Of a stretch of 51,473 nt of DNA, positions 50,841 through 51,473 are shown in pieces. Both the position numbers and the translations under genes were made by a program. The DNA is from Candidatus Limnocylindrales bacterium. GTDB lineage: Bacteria; Chloroflexota; Limnocylindria; Limnocylindrales; CSP1-4. The notes under the pieces are model-generated. The model saw nothing but the letters and a program-made list of their open reading frames with translations, did not search any database and was not told the DNA's origin. Where the stretch lies: contig DASYTK010000041.1 of the NCBI GenBank assembly GCA_036002405.1, positions 1-51,473 of the forward strand, given 5' to 3'. Numbering within the stretch: position 1 is the stretch's first letter; every line of letters begins with the position of its first letter.

Positions 50841-51046
50841 GACGGGAGCGTCCCGTGGGCCCCCCGTCGAATCCCTGCCCCGGAGGTCCCCCGGGCCTCA
50901 GTCTCTCGGGCTGGCCCGGACGGGTGCGGACCGATGGGACGGGGTCGGCGCACGTACGGCGCAGAGCGGGCCGCGCCGGGGCGGAGCGGGTGGGTCGGGT
51001 CCGGTCAGGTGGGGAGGCGGCCGGTCGAGGAGTCCTAGGACCTCTC

Positions 51047-51472
51047 CTAACGAGCCGTCAGGATCTCCCGCAGAAGGCGCAGGTCTTCGTCGGAGAGTCC
51101 TCGAGCGAGGAGTCGATACGGGCTCGACTCGAAGGAGTCGACGCGCTCTCCCGCGCCTGCCAACACGGTCGCGAGGCAGCGCCGGAAGCTCGTCGCTGCC
51201 GCCTCGAAGGCCATGCGGTCACGGAAGGTGAAGAGGTGGACCGTCCGCGGCACCGTCTCGTTCCGGCCACGGAGCTCGAAACGGATCGCGTTGTCGACGA
51301 GATCGGCCTCGTCGCAGCCCGGGTCACCGCCCACGATCCCGGTGACCGTGGCCCCGCGACTGGCGAGCGCCTCGAAAATCGTCTCCGCACCGGCCGGTGT
51401 CGGCGATGGTGCGGGACCGGCACAAGCGGCGACGAGCGCGATCAGGGCGAGCAGGCCGCCGCGGGACGTGAG
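51047..51472 (-). CDS. Putative lipoprotein, 5' end truncated by the window edge
   Basis: The open frame reads ...GGLLALIALVAAC-AGPAPSPT... (lipobox VAAC) through to TAG at 51047. Confidence 0.7.
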   Translation of the reverse strand, partial: LTSRGGLLALIALVAACAGPAPSPTPAGAETIFEALASRGATVTGIVGGDPGCDEADLVDNAIRFELRGRNETVPRTVHLFTFRDRMAFEAAATSFRRCLATVLAGAGERVDSFESSPYRLLARGLSDEDLRLLREILTAR

Positions 51473-51473
51473 A

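Noticed and set aside
1-51473. CRISPR array, rRNA, IS transposase or intact prophage
   Set aside because: No regularly spaced repeat-spacer series, rRNA-like segment, DDE/HUH transposase motif or phage structural genes were seen. The only tandem unit (1130-1193) has two copies and no unique spacers of array type.

Overview
A very GC-rich bacterial chromosomal segment. Gene content and protein style suggest a Chloroflexota/Actinomycetota-like monoderm, but this is inference and cannot be confirmed without a search. From left to right: (1) The edge of a tRNA-Gln(CTG)-anchored integrative element, whose tyrosine integrase is broken by a 1-bp frameshift, with a 32-nt tandem repeat abutting the tRNA CCA end. 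(2) A stress/dormancy-like region of about 23 kb (1.4-24.6 kb) with LigD and Ku, several tiny hydrophilic proteins, cupins, a PAS/GAF histidine kinase with an OmpR-type regulator, a GH1 glucosidase, a class A PBP, a secreted caspase-fold-like protein, an ABC-2 exporter and a stray endolysin-like C39 peptidase cassette. (3) Mostly housekeeping genes: Gfo/Idh oxidoreductase, mutY, ppc, nnrE, a GT-C glycosyltransferase, plsY, a bkd-type 2-oxoacid dehydrogenase operon, lipA, DinB, a radical SAM protein, an ADA-family deaminase, a SufR-like regulator, acyl-CoA dehydrogenase, TerB, dodecin, acyl-CoA synthetase and a sortase-like protein. The best leads are a recurring 11-bp-periodic TGCAAG box upstream of the NHEJ and hydrophilin genes (a candidate regulon of the resident two-component system), an endolysin-like gene with an internal SD-ATG giving a second product, the att-proximal tandem repeat, and a gene that appears to lack any canonical start codon (possible CUG initiation). 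No CRISPR array or rRNA was seen. All family assignments come from motif recognition by eye, not database searches.
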